DNA from: Ylistrum balloti
Taxonomy: Eukaryota
Direction of reading: 5' to 3'
DNA: 64,000 nucleotides
NCBI RefSeq assembly: GCF_031769215.1
Contig: NW_026781915.1
Span: forward strand, 1,984,001 to 2,048,000
Shown here in pieces: positions 36,701 through 49,346 of this stretch (positions are counted from its first letter, which is position 1; the number at the start of each line of letters is the position of its first letter). Under the pieces are notes generated by a model. It was given only the letters and a program-made list of their open reading frames with translations, searched no databases and had not been told where the DNA came from. The position numbers and the translations under genes are program-made.

Positions 36701-38609
36701 ATTGGTCCATCAAGATTCTTAAACATGAAGAATACCTTCCTCTAGGTGTATCAAACACTTGGTCATGTCATAGATGGATTTAAGAATTAAAGCTAACTAG
36801 CGACCCAGATGTAAATGCAAGTTTACTGACATTACACTAAAACTATGAGAGGTATCAACATGAAAATTCATACATAGGTAGTTCTCAATGAGGAGGAGGG
36901 GGGACAGTGCATAAGAACTCGCTTATTGCCCTTTTATCATTTTTCACACTTAAATTTTGTCCCATTTGGGGAGCATAACTGTCTCTGATGGCCCGTGTTC
37001 ATACAGAATATTTACAGATATTAATTGAATGAAATGTTGCATGAACTAGCCTTTACTTACCTTTGTTGTTTTTGACATCAAATGAATCTAATACTATGCA
37101 TTATTCCTTGATACTTTTTTCTTCTGCTTAAATCAGTCTACTTAATCTATTTTTTTAACCTCTTCATTGTTGCAGATACATAATTGAAACTATTGAGGTG
37201 GGGGAGGAGTTTTTATATCTGAATAATCCTTAATATTTCTATCAAAAACATTCTTTAATTCACACAGGAGCAATGTCATAAATCTTGTCTTGGTAATGTC
37301 AATGTGTCACTTGTATACTTGTACAGGTTGTCCATTTAAGCATTGTGATGAAGCATTACTGGCACAGAAGTTACGGGCACAAAATTTATCAAAGGATTAT
37401 ATAGACAAGGTATGATTCTTGCTTAGATAGGGTTGAATGTGACTTTGCCAACCAAACCTTCTGAATTTATATTTGTATTGTAAAAAGATGTTTGATAGGC
37501 TGTAAATTCTAAATAATTGTTTATCATCACTAGCCAGTGGATGAGCTACCACTGAACTCTTTCTTGTTTTAAGGTGTATTTTACATGTGTGTAAAAACTA
37601 ATTTCATAATTATTTGAAGTCTGATCAAACAGTTGAAACAGTTTTCTGATTTTCATTTTCATATGTTGCTTTACAATTTTTTACCTAGATTTAGAGTTTT
37701 TAGTAAATACAGGTTTGGATTACTCAATTTTTATGTACAGATCATGAATGAGGTAAAGGGTGGCCACTATGGAGTAGCATGTACGAAACACTTCCTGGCC
37801 AGACACACAGGGGTAGAGGAACAGGATATTAACAGTATAAATCACCCTAACCAGTACTTTGAGGAGAGCCAGAGAATACTTCGTGGGGACAAGAGGGAAG
37901 GTCAGTATAAACAAAGTTGATATTACTAGATTTATTCATCAAGAATACTATTGTTGTTAAGTTAAGTACCAACAAATACAAAAAAAATTAGTCCATTGTC
38001 CTGCAGTAAGCAAAACTACGGACTTTTAAGTTGAATGTCATTTGTCAATCCTCTCAGATTATTGCGACACCATTGGTGATTGTGATTTGAACAAGATACA
38101 CTACATAACATTTTTATGATCAGTTTTTCTATCCATTTTCAAATAATTATCCTATATTCTATAGTATACTTAATACAAAAGTGATTAATCAGAATAGATG
38201 CATTACATAATGACAATAATACAGAAATGTTTACATCTTTATATCTATATCCAGATGACCAAAATGATTTATTTCCCTTTAAAGAAATTATTTGACAATG
38301 TCCAGTTTAGTGACTTTAATGTTTGACATCTATTTAGAAAGGATATGTTTTTCTCAAGTAATGAATTTGCATTTAATGTTTAAATTTTTATACTTTTGGT
38401 TAAAAAGCTTTAAAATGATTATAAATTTAATCTGATTGACAGTCCTGAGACCTGTACCAAACACACCTCGCTCTCAATATTCAAGTCAGTCACAAGGGAC
38501 ACCCAAGTCTGAAAAAATACCTGATAGTCAGGGCACCCCTCGAAGTCAGATGAGTGGTATAGAGGAGATGGAGGAGGATGATGACCTAATGATGTCCTTG
38601 GACTGTTGA
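27735..38609 (+). CDS. PRIM2: DNA primase large subunit (520 aa); exons 27735-27891, 30724-30833, 31727-31806, 32023-32143, 33723-33815, 34247-34384, 34572-34715, 35150-35332, 35749-35875, 37327-37409, 37741-37900, 38443-38609
   Basis: Twelve exons join in frame (1563 nt). Motifs: [104 protein letters not shown]. All four 4Fe-4S cysteines are present. Confidence 0.97.
28005..28105 (+). mobile_element. tRNA-derived SINE head or degenerate tRNA-like sequence
   Basis: A-box-like ttagttgagcggtagag (28011) and B-box-like agttcgaaac (28061). No complete cloverleaf. Confidence 0.4.
28232..30060 (-). mobile_element. CR1-clade LINE, internally deleted: 5'UTR, PHD-finger ORF1, ORF2 ends only, 3' tail
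   Basis: ORF1 WTCNVC...[15 protein letters not shown]...M*FCSQC (PHD), then a coiled coil and RPILATF...[10 protein letters not shown], broken by one stop and about two frameshifts. The ORF2 start [18 protein letters not shown] jumps at about 28755 to the ORF2 end [39 protein letters not shown]...TRGH. The tail is (ttcctattaaat)2. Confidence 0.85.
36103..36450 (+). mobile_element. Helentron-like element remnant with a duplicated core in a PRIM2 intron
   Basis: 5' tattaggtcat...atgacct IR and a tcgtcgtc microsatellite. gagctcaaacttgcatgaaatgatcctgagat...gccatcttgaaaaacata occurs twice. Confidence 0.45.
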
Positions 38610-40067
38610 ATATTTATACATATATGTTGTGGAACTGTGACCTGAGAAAGTACAAACAGGAAAGATATAGATATTTAATACATAGCTGAAATATACTTAT
38701 GAACATACTTTTTTTTTTAAATCTAAAGTTTTTTAGTGACTCATGGTATACCGAGGTTTTTTGATTAATGATTTAATGATGTGTTGTACGCGTTGGTAAA
38801 TAGTTACTTCCCTTTGTGGTTTAATTATATCTCAGTGTTGTCGGAGAGTTGATAACAATGCTACCATCGAAACATTTAGATAATATAAGGTGAAATCTAT
38901 TCTTATCTGGACAGGTTTAGTTCAGTTTCCAAGGAGAAGACATTGACAAAATTAAGCTTTACACTTAAGAGTGCTTAAAATTGAGTTTGTAAAATATAAA
39001 GTATTTATTATATAACATGTTGGTTTGATAGAGCATGTGTTCTGTCACTGGAGAGGTAGACATGGAACATACCAATTGATCTAGTTACCAATGAAAACGC
39101 AGATGTTTTCTTGCTTTTAGGCTTAAGGTAACACAATTACAGTTTTAGCCAGTTGTCATAGCCTTTGGAACTGACTGTTACTACAAATGCTAACTTTCTT
39201 GTTGCTGGAAATATTCCGACAGATTATTATTTTCTTTTCTCTCATGTAGCAGTTACTTACATGTACCAGTATTTTTACCTGGAGGAGCAAATAGTACCTT
39301 AATTAGTGTGGGTGACATTTTTTTAATTTATATCATAATTAATGTTAATATGGTCAGTTTTAATATACCAAACGTAAGTAAAAAATATAAGATATTATCA
39401 GTATTGTTTTATTCAGTTGTCATTTCTGTCACAAGAAAGAAAAAATCCTAGTGAAGTAACACAAAGACGAAATCCTATACTTTTGTTCTCCATCTTCTGT
39501 CAAAATTATAAACTTCATGTATGGTAAGCCAAATTATATCTTACATGATTTGGTTCAGTACAGGGTCACCATTCCTTCATGAATAAATGACACCTTTGCT
39601 GAGCATGTACACATGCATATTTGATATGTATTTTCTTATCTACCTTTTGAAGAATGTATGCAGTATATACAAGGTCAACTGCTGTATGTCTTTGTGCAAT
39701 ACTAAGGGGTTTAAAAGTATGAAATAATGCTAGTTAAAGTATTGGCTAGGATCAATTCCATGCCATCCTTATTTCAAGAGAGATAAAACAGCTAGCTGGT
39801 ACAGGACATATACAATGTGTATCTTATATAACATACAGACTGCCAAACCAGGAATATGGTTGGGGATTTAAAGAAAATAAATGAACTTATTCAAAATTAG
39901 TTTAGTTTTGTTAGTTTCTGATACTGGAACTATTTGATCCTACACAGGGCTCCGAGTATCCTTCAAAATAACAATATTATATGGTCAAAAATGTATATGT
40001 CTGAAATTGTTTTCTCTACACATTTCAAATAAAAAGCATCAATTTAGCATTAAATTATTACAGTAAA

Positions 40068-40430
40068 AACAAGAGGCCCAAAGGGCCTGCAGCACTCACA
40101 TGGTATATATACCTATACCAGCCAAATATCATGCCTCTAGGCCTTTTAGTTCATCAGTAGTTGTTTAAAGGTTTTAACAAATTTGACTCTGGTGACCTTG
40201 AATATAAGTCAAAGTAATTTCTGTTCGTAAACTTTGTCGGGCTTCATCCTGGGAACATAACAGGCAAATGTCATTACTCTAGGCTTTTTAGTTCATGAGA
40301 AGACATTTAAAGGTTTTACTTTAGTATATTTTGTCAATCTTCATCAGAGAAACTTACCAGCTAAATATCATGCCTCTAGGCCCATTCGTTCCTGAAAAAG
40401 TTGTTTAACGGTTTTGACCCCAGTGATAGG
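40068..40430 (-). mobile_element. Helentron-like element (reverse) with core repeats
   Basis: aacaagaggcccaaagggcc end hairpin. aaatatcatgcctctaggcc-like repeat at about 40125, 40267 and 40363. Confidence 0.5.
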
Positions 40431-41130
40431 ACACTGACTGCCAAATTGAAAGCGTGCCTTAGTGTTCAAAACAACTTAACTCAGCTTGAAAAATTAGCCA
40501 GATCTTACCTGAAAGGCCAAGTCACTATTTGTCAAATTAGATGCTACTGCAGATAATTGGAACTTTCCAAAGTTAGACATGGAATACCTTTGGACAAAAG
40601 CATGATGATGACTATGAGATCTGGATCTATCGGCACTCATTGGACATTATATGATGTCAGATCCACTCGAGGCATATGAGCATTATCAAGTACAATGTTG
40701 GATCCAGCATGACAGCTCCGACACCATTAATTCGAGAAAGGATTGTCATAACCACAAAACCTTAGGGGTATGTGTCCTCATAACCAGTATCCTGTATTAT
40801 TTAGAATACTACATTCATTTCCAAACCAGCAAGACTTCACATCCAAAAGGTAAAAGACAAACCTCAAGTAATATTGATTTCGCTACCAACGGTCATCTTC
40901 AAGGCATTAGGTATGGTTGACTTGGACAATTAGAATTGCATTACTGCAAGATGAAGATCAACACTGACATGGCCAATCAGATTCCAGGATTAAGAAGCCA
41001 GATTAGGTGTTTTGATGTGTTAAGCAACTTCAATCTATCATTTAGTATTCTTGTTAGAATATTGATTCAGCAGTTAACAGAACATTTGATTTTTATGCTT
41101 ATCGGGGTACATGACGGCCATTTTAAAACT
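40430..41130 (+). pseudogene. Possible highly decayed DIRS-type RNaseH/MT fragment
   Basis: Higher-complexity block with weak broken resemblances (e.g. KVKDKPQVILISLP versus the DIRS K..VILIAP.W motif). No intact motif. Confidence 0.2.
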
Positions 41131-43015
41131 TGAAATTTCATGTTAGTGGACTATGAGTGTAAATGACAGTCCCTTTGTACTAATAAAACCTAGTGTCTTA
41201 TTTCAGTTTACTTTATAATACTTCAATCCAAAACAGATTTTACCCTTTGTCTGTTTTTTGTTTTAAAAAAATGCACAACAATATTGTCAATCAATTTTAA
41301 ATTAATTTGCACAAAAATCCTAATTACCATTTTTTGGCAATTCATTTCATATTGTTTGAAAATGTTTTTTGCACATAATTACCAATAGACTTCAATAGGA
41401 AGTTGTATTTTTGACCTTCAGAAAATTTCATCTGATGTAAAAACTGACTTCTTGCTTGGCATATACATATCTAACATGTTATTATCAGCATGTTCATGTT
41501 CAATTTTCTTAAAAAAGTGAAATAATATTGTTGCATTTTCCAAAAAATTATACATTTTTGGCACAAAAAGGCACTATCTTCTTGTGTATGTATATGTTTT
41601 GACTTCAATGACTACGGTGGCTACCAACAGCACATACAGCCTGTGGTATTTTTACAGTATTTGCTTCTAAGACTATTAGAAACCTCAACTAAAAAAGACA
41701 AAAAAAAACATAATTTAAGAAGAGATACAGACTAAAAGTAATTTAGAGGCACCTACCACTATCAAATAGAGGATCCATGATCTAATTGGAATGTAACTGG
41801 ATGAAAACAAATGTTGAAATACTATATATATATAGAACAAAGAGTCCATCTAGCAAATTCAGAAATTCTGAAGTTGAAAAAACAAAAGGGGGAACACTTG
41901 ACAAACATTGAACATCAATTCACTTAGTGTTGACTTTCACACCATGGACTATTAGAACAAAAACATGATTATATTTTGACATTTATTTGCTAATTCTGGT
42001 GAATACAATACTATATATTCAAGTTTAACAGCAACATATCTGAACTTAGACATGTGCTTTATCCAGAAATGACTTTGAGATCATAGTCTAAAATCATTGT
42101 TCTTTGTACATATTTTTTTGCTTAATGCTTCAATCATGAAAGTAACAATGTCTGTAGCCTTTTCATACAGTAATATTGAAATCCCAGGAATGTAAGACAT
42201 ACTCTCTAAAATGTTGCAACTCTGCAGTTTGCTTCCATTATCAGTCTGGGGCACTTCTAGTCAATGTTTTGACAAGACAAATTTTTAATCACATCCATCC
42301 AGAGAAAAAAGCACATACGCACCAAGAGGACAAAAACATATTGAATATCCACTACCACTATTGTATGTCAAACCTTTAGCATTTGATCAACAGTTGTGAA
42401 AAATTCCTATTCATTTTTCTTAACTGGTCTAAGCAGCAGGTCAACTATTGCTGTATATAATACCAATAATACAGTATGCTTAGTGTCATAATTTTCTTGA
42501 CACATGTCGGTAAAAAATATATTTATGGATAACTTATTGTTGTTCTCCACACAATAAGTCCTGAACACAAGTTTTAACTTTCAAAATACTGAATAAATTA
42601 ATTCAAGAATAATTAGGAAATATTAATGTCTAAAATTATAATTGATCATTATCTGACATATTGGTTACATCTTCATAAAAGCAACAACACATTTAAGACC
42701 AACACTTTATCACATGACACACGATAAAATACAGTTAATAGCCTATATTTCCTGTGAAATTGAAATGAGATTTCTTGAAGACATAAATGTGTGGTTATCA
42801 ATTTAGTATTCAGACTATACAAATTATCTACCATACAATGATCAAATATCAACAGAATACTAACTCTTCCTTAGTATGGCCCTCTTTTACACTAGTACAT
42901 TATTCTCAATTTATTGACTGCACGGACACTACATGAATTCCAGGAATAATATGATAGCACTAATTTCCTAAATCTACATGATTTTTTAAACAAATGAGGT
43001 TTTACATTTAGTAAT

Positions 43016-46000
43016 TTATTCTGGTTCTTGTTTAATGACAGTACCACCAACTTTCTTGACGACATTTCCTTTCTCGTCCAAATCAAGAAAGATCTCCATG
43101 GTTGTTACCTGAGACCCAGCATGCATGGCTGACATATGTGCTGCTACGGTGTCTGGATTGGCAGTAAACCACTGGCACTTTGCACACTCATATATATGGG
43201 ACTTCTCATGTGCCAGACGGTGCAAAGTATATTCTTTTTGGTCAGTGGTGTTGTAGCCACATGTTAGGTGGGAGCACATAAAGATGCGTGAGGTCTTTCT
43301 CAACTTCCTGGCAACACAGTCACGGAAAATGACCTCCTCTCCACCATGTTCCTCCAGGATATGCCTTCTCATTTTCTCCATGCTGGTCTTGATTGCACCT
43401 GTACCATTACTACTACAATACAGACATTCATATTGAGCATCATGCCGCAGCTGACTTCCTCCTCCTCCTCCCCCTCCTCTGATTACAGGCTGATTTAGTC
43501 GTTGTAGCTCCTGATTTTCTGGAGAAAATCCATGATCATTACATGCATGTTTAATAACAGCCTCTTCAGCAGTGTGCAAGAACACACACCCTTCCTTCGG
43601 ACAGAAGCAGTAATAGGCATATGATCGTGCTATCTTCTTTTTAAGATCCATAGAACGTAACGGTTCAATGCTGTGTTTTGTCTTCATATGTTTCTTGACC
43701 AGATTTACACCAAAACACATATGCGGGCAATGTATACAACGGAACAGCTGAGGAGACTGACCTTGAGCTCGACATCGAACTTGTGCCTTAGCTGCAGCAT
43801 TACGTGTTGGTCTTCCTGGTGATACGCCATGAGAAGCCTCATGAGTAACATACTCATCCATTAATGACTGAATCACATCTTGTGGCACTTCCAAATCATC
43901 AAAGTTATCATCGTATTCACCAGCATCTGAATTGTTTGCAGATTCATCAGGTGTAGTCGTAGGTGGTGACTCATCCATTTCAATACTCACAGTCGGCGAG
44001 TTGGCCACAATGGAGGAGGTTGCTGGCATTTCCATCATCATCGGAGGCTCTTCCTCCTGAAGTGTGGGAGCCGGATTAACAACACTGGAATCATTGTGCT
44101 TGTCTTTTAAGTGGTCTGTAAGTTCTCCATCGTTTCTCGTCTCCCATAGACAGTATTTACAAAAGTACACATACATTTTTTTCTTCATGCGGTGGGCCTG
44201 AAGATCCTTCATTAAGGTGTCGTTGTCTTTGTGGTTAGACAACACATGCTTCTTGACACGGGTATTGTTGTTTGAGGTATAAGAGCAGTGTACACATGCA
44301 TATTCAGCAGTTTTGGATGACTTAAAGTTTTTGGCCATTTGGAAAGCCTTTTGAGATATCTTTGATGAAAATGATCTTGTTAGTTCAAGACACTTCTTTG
44401 CAGCAGCATCCACTTTTTCTGGACATCCAGTTTCAAGCCAAGGAGTGCAGCTCTCTGAGTGGTTTAGATATTCTTCAGTTTTCTTTGTAGTGAAAGAGCA
44501 ATTCTTGCGATGACAAAAGAACACATATCGACGCTGTTTGAGCTTCACAGCACGCATATCCAAACTATACAATACACAACCTATATGTTTGATTTGCAGA
44601 TGCTCTTTGATCTTGAAACAGACAGGAGCATTAAAATTGCAGTGTGCACATTTGTAGGTAAGTGGGTATTTTTTCTTCTGCTCTGCTGGAATGAAATCTT
44701 CATCACTTTCACTATCATAATCTGCATTATCACGGTCAGGAATGCTAGTACTATCATTTCCAGAACCAGAAGTTGTCATGGAGACATGTGGGATGGAAGA
44801 AGAAATGGCAGGATTAAATGTTGAGGATGATTGTGGTGCACCAATGTTTCCATAAACTAGCGTATTTGGATTTTGGTACATTGTGGAATCCTTTTCCTTG
44901 ATGCGGTTCATTTCTTCCTGAGATGACACAAGCATAGCAACATATTTGTGTGCCTTTCCAGTGTGTTGACTGTTAAGATGGGTTTTGAGAAAAGTTTGAC
45001 TCAAAGTGACAAATTCACAGTATCCACAGTTCCAGCACAAGCCAGATGATACGGTTACAGTGTTACCTCCCTTTGTAGATGGAGTGGAAGCAGATTTAGT
45101 TGATAAGGTTGCAGATATATTAGAACTCGAAGATACTGGTGTTGGCGTCTTGACAGGTGACTGTTTCAACAAGTTTGGGACAGAAATTGGCATTGTTTTG
45201 GCAGTTTCTTTTTTGGAGCTTGGTGTTATGATAGTTTCTGTCGCTCTTTCCTCATTGTCTTCTTCCTCATCCTCTTCACTTCCATAGTTGTTATTATTAT
45301 CATCATCAACTTCATCTACCTCCATTTCAAAGCACTCATAGTCATCATCTTTCTTCTGTGTTTTTTTTGTTTTCTCCTTAACTTCCAATGTCTTTTTTGT
45401 ATCTCCCGTTAAATCCTTGTCACTATCGACTTTAGCTCGCTTTACAGGAACTTCCTTTTCTTGGTTCAATTTCCGTTTAGAAGACTTGCTTACAGAATTT
45501 TCTGTTTTTTCTTCGAAATCTGGTAAAAAAGAGCAAAATTTCAATGTCTTTGCTGTTTCATAGAAATCTGAATGTTCTTGGACAGCATGCCTTATAACAT
45601 CTGCTCTTGAAAATGACTGATATTCACATGTCTTACAGTGAAATCTGTGTTCCAAAACATGACCCGACAGATTCTGTTTAGATTCTGTTTTAAACGGACA
45701 GAAATTGCACCAGTAGAATTGTAAATCTGTCTGAATGTTTACTCCTTCCTGTGTCATAATGAAGGCCTTAGAGGCTACACCACACACTACCTCCTGTGTG
45801 ATATTACAAAGAGTTTTTTCTGTGGTACTATCTAACACACCTAGCTCCAACATTGACATTGATGCATTTTCTTTCTTGGGTGCAGGACAGGTAAGTGTGG
45901 GACTACCTGGACGTAGGATTGCCGACATGCCTGCTTTTGACATAGCTGGACCGTTGTTTATGTTATAAACTGAGGCTGAAGACTGTGCATAATACTTTGA

Positions 46001-46393
46001 ACCTGTGTCATCATATTTTTTGTATGACATATTTCTTGGTTGGGGTTTATATAACCCAGCATTGTTCTGTGCAAGAAGATATTCATTTTTCTGTAGGAGG
46101 TCCTCAATTACAGTTTTTACTGAAAGTTCCTTGCTAGTATCACTGAGCATGTTGCTCAATATGCCTCGTAACCTCTTGCTTGAGTCTCCACTTGGAAATG
46201 TGATGTCAGTGGCATTCTTGCTTGCATCTCCTGCCATTCCAGCTGCCATGTCTGATGGTATTGAGGATTCATCATTGGTACTTGTGAGGGCGGCATCATA
46301 TCCATCATCAACTGGTTCTGGTTTGATGGTCATCTGGTCAGGTCTTGCTCCCTCATTTAGACTAACCACATTGTTGATTTGTAGGCCAGCCAT
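43016..46393 (-). CDS. Multi-C2H2 zinc-finger protein (1125 aa, about 12 fingers), whole CDS in one exon
   Basis: Uninterrupted 3378-nt ORF. Acceptor at 46416-46418, with an in-frame TGA just upstream of the ATG, so 46393 is the start. Fingers: CNFC, CKTC, CGYC, CAHC, CHRKNC, CVHC, CKYC, CIHC, CPKEGC, CLYC, CSHLTC, CAKC, each with a downstream H..H/C. Acidic and Ser/Thr-rich linkers. Confidence 0.9.
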   Translation of the reverse strand: MAGLQINNVVSLNEGARPDQMTIKPEPVDDGYDAALTSTNDESSIPSDMAAGMAGDASKNATDITFPSGDSSKRLRGILSNMLSDTSKELSVKTVIEDLLQKNEYLLAQNNAGLYKPQPRNMSYKKYDDTGSKYYAQSSASVYNINNGPAMSKAGMSAILRPGSPTLTCPAPKKENASMSMLELGVLDSTTEKTLCNITQEVVCGVASKAFIMTQEGVNIQTDLQFYWCNFCPFKTESKQNLSGHVLEHRFHCKTCEYQSFSRADVIRHAVQEHSDFYETAKTLKFCSFLPDFEEKTENSVSKSSKRKLNQEKEVPVKRAKVDSDKDLTGDTKKTLEVKEKTKKTQKKDDDYECFEMEVDEVDDDNNNNYGSEEDEEEDNEERATETIITPSSKKETAKTMPISVPNLLKQSPVKTPTPVSSSSNISATLSTKSASTPSTKGGNTVTVSSGLCWNCGYCEFVTLSQTFLKTHLNSQHTGKAHKYVAMLVSSQEEMNRIKEKDSTMYQNPNTLVYGNIGAPQSSSTFNPAISSSIPHVSMTTSGSGNDSTSIPDRDNADYDSESDEDFIPAEQKKKYPLTYKCAHCNFNAPVCFKIKEHLQIKHIGCVLYSLDMRAVKLKQRRYVFFCHRKNCSFTTKKTEEYLNHSESCTPWLETGCPEKVDAAAKKCLELTRSFSSKISQKAFQMAKNFKSSKTAEYACVHCSYTSNNNTRVKKHVLSNHKDNDTLMKDLQAHRMKKKMYVYFCKYCLWETRNDGELTDHLKDKHNDSSVVNPAPTLQEEEPPMMMEMPATSSIVANSPTVSIEMDESPPTTTPDESANNSDAGEYDDNFDDLEVPQDVIQSLMDEYVTHEASHGVSPGRPTRNAAAKAQVRCRAQGQSPQLFRCIHCPHMCFGVNLVKKHMKTKHSIEPLRSMDLKKKIARSYAYYCFCPKEGCVFLHTAEEAVIKHACNDHGFSPENQELQRLNQPVIRGGGGGGGSQLRHDAQYECLYCSSNGTGAIKTSMEKMRRHILEEHGGEEVIFRDCVARKLRKTSRIFMCSHLTCGYNTTDQKEYTLHRLAHEKSHIYECAKCQWFTANPDTVAAHMSAMHAGSQVTTMEIFLDLDEKGNVVKKVGGTVIKQEPE

Positions 46394-47674
46394 GTTGGTT
46401 TCAATGGTTCGTCACCTGGAACTTATGAAAATACATCAGATTAATAATTGGATTCTTTACAAATAATTTCTGTGTAGTTGCAAATGTTATACTTTATCAC
46501 ATATAAAATGAAGAAAAACAGCAAGAATATGTTGTTATCAGAATACTAAAAATATTGATAATAGTAGGCATCTCTCATGACATGACAATCCAATCAGTGA
46601 AGTATCCAATTCTCTTAGGATAAATGACCGATAACAACCTCTCAGCCATCTTGTTTTTCTGATCAGTTCCTAAATAGAGATCACAGCAAACTTACATACA
46701 ATGTAACACTTCTCAAGAAATAGTAATAAGTTTATGCAAGCACCTGAAGCTGCTAACTTATAAAACTAGTTGATAATCAAAAAGTCTTGGGCAAGGGTTA
46801 TCTCCCTTCTTTTGAGTGAAAGTAATCAATAATATTTTTATATAAAGAAATGTTTGATGCTTACAACTTGACAAATGATTACCAGAAATGCTACTTTAAT
46901 TTTGTGTGTATAAATCTGGAATAGAAATCATGTAATTTATGTTAGATAGTTAAAATGTTTATCTAAATCGAGAGACTCAAGTGTCATACGTTCATGGTTG
47001 TAAGCCACAGTTCTTTTCCTTGTGAGCCAGGCATGCAGCTTACATACCGATGCGGCTTATATGTGGACCAAGACAAAAATTTCCTGAATTGGGAAAAAAA
47101 TTTAGTACTAGTATAAGATGTCACAAACTGGTTTTTATGAGTATCACGTTTGTGACTGAAACAAATTGCATAGAACCAATTGCAATTGTATACCAAATGA
47201 TCTGAAGGTTGTAATCAAATAACAACCTATAGATTTAATTAATAATCAATAATATGTTCTTGACTTATGTGGTTTCTTTACAACAGTTTACGCAGGAACA
47301 AACATGTACATAAGACAGCAACAGGTTCATTTAATGCAATGATGTTACATAATACCACATAAGTTTAAGAACACATCAAAAAAGTTAAATATAGGTTTAA
47401 ATCAAATTTTATCTGCAAAATTATCCTAAGTTCTGCAGTGAAAACCCTAAAACAGTTGTAGACAGTTGCTGCAATATATAGCAATACTGAAAATCATATT
47501 GCAATACACTGTCATTAAACCAATATTAATATAATGACTATTGTGACAATATTTCCCACACCTACTTCCAACTTATTCTGTAACTTCAAAATTAACCTGA
47601 TATTAAATAGATATTTACCAATTTTATTTTACAAGAATTGCATAACATTTTTACAACATATTGATCACACTTGT

Positions 47675-47755
47675 CAAACCCGAAGGAAACATGCATAGGA
47701 TCTTTACTGAGGGAGGAAACTTGAGTACCCAAGGAAAACCCATATGGTCAGGCAG
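47675..47755 (-). mobile_element. SINE central-domain fragment
   Basis: The minus strand reads gggttttccttgggtactcaagtttcctccc, close to the ggttttctccgggtactccggtttcctccc core of widespread tRNA-derived SINEs (recalled, not searched). Confidence 0.3.
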
Positions 47756-49346
47756 TAGGCCAAAACTTTTTGTCTCTCAAATGATATTTTAATGTCATTA
47801 TTTCCATTCATTATGCTGTTATTGATATTGGCAAAAAAAATTAGTGTTTTACCTACAGCTGAAACAAATAGCAGATTTTCGCATTAAAATATTGCTTGGT
47901 GTATTCAAATGGTATTTGAATATTCAGGCGTTAATGTTGACAATTATGAAGATGTAATTTTGTTCATTTACTCAACCAGATACACTATTTAAGAGCTGAA
48001 GTAATTAATATAGCTTTATCACTAATGTCTAACTTCTGATATGAACAAAACATAGATCATCAACGTTAAAATATGGTCAAAACATCATTCATAGACTCGA
48101 ACTACTGACAAACCTGTAGGCTGTGCTTTCTGCTTGTGCCTGTCATATTTTTCATAGACAAATTATTGTGTTCCACAAGACTGAACAATAATCCAATTTT
48201 AATGTTCACTACATTATATAATGAATTTTACCAAACCTGATTTCATTTATATATGTCTGATCAGATTGGTATCTAAAAGAAATATCCATGCACTGACATT
48301 TATCAAGTTTGCTTAAAAGTTTAGGTAAATACATTTCTTGCAGTTTATGAATTAAATGAAAAAATGGACAGTTATTTGCGATAAGGTGAATTCCAAATAG
48401 TATCAGAACACAATTAATTAATGCAGACCTATGATCACTGTTTTAATATTTATGCAAAATTCATAACTACTGACGTGAAAATGCAGAAGTTTACCTTTCA
48501 ATTTGTAAATAAAAAAGTGGAGCAACAAAAAATAATTTAAAAAAAACCCAACAATTTCCAATGTTTCTGTCAAAGTTAAGGATAATATGTCTCATTGAAT
48601 TGTGGCTATATCAAAAAGCATCAATCATTCTGATGTGCGACAAATAATACATTTTTTTTACACACATGACCCAGTAATGAAAACCCCTTTAAAAGGCCCC
48701 ACAATGGAACACACTTGTGCTCAATCTATTTATAGTGGCCAAACATAACCATTCGCTCTGTGCAAAAGGCTCGAATCTTGAAATTTGGTTTATATGAAAT
48801 TGAATCAAATCAGTACAAGAAGTCGTATCGTTTACGGAATATCTATAATTCTAAAACATATTTAATAAATTGCTGTCTACAATGTAGTACGAGGTTTGAA
48901 CCCTGTCTGCGCACAACCCCGTCGAGTACCACTTTAGCAATCAATAACTCCACAACAATGTAGATATGGCTGCAGCTCTCATTGCAGTTTGCGTTCGATT
49001 CCTCGACCTTAAACATATTTAATGACAACCAGGGGAAATGTTTCTATTTATTGCATGTTAAATTTACATGTGTGTCAATGACATCGTGTAATTTAACACG
49101 AGTGAAGTTCGACACCCCAAACAAATACAACCAAATACACTGCTGAACAGCACCATCGCCATATTCATTGTCGGTCGCTACTGACGTTATTTCTGCTTAA
49201 TTTGGCGAGAAACCCTGCATAAATACAGTCGGACAAGTGCTCAAAATTCATCCGACGGGTCGCTTATTTGAAATCTGTTATTCGTTTCTCAAACTGAAAT
49301 AGATAATCTCGCGTGAAAAATGATCATACTCGGCCTTTACACTTAC

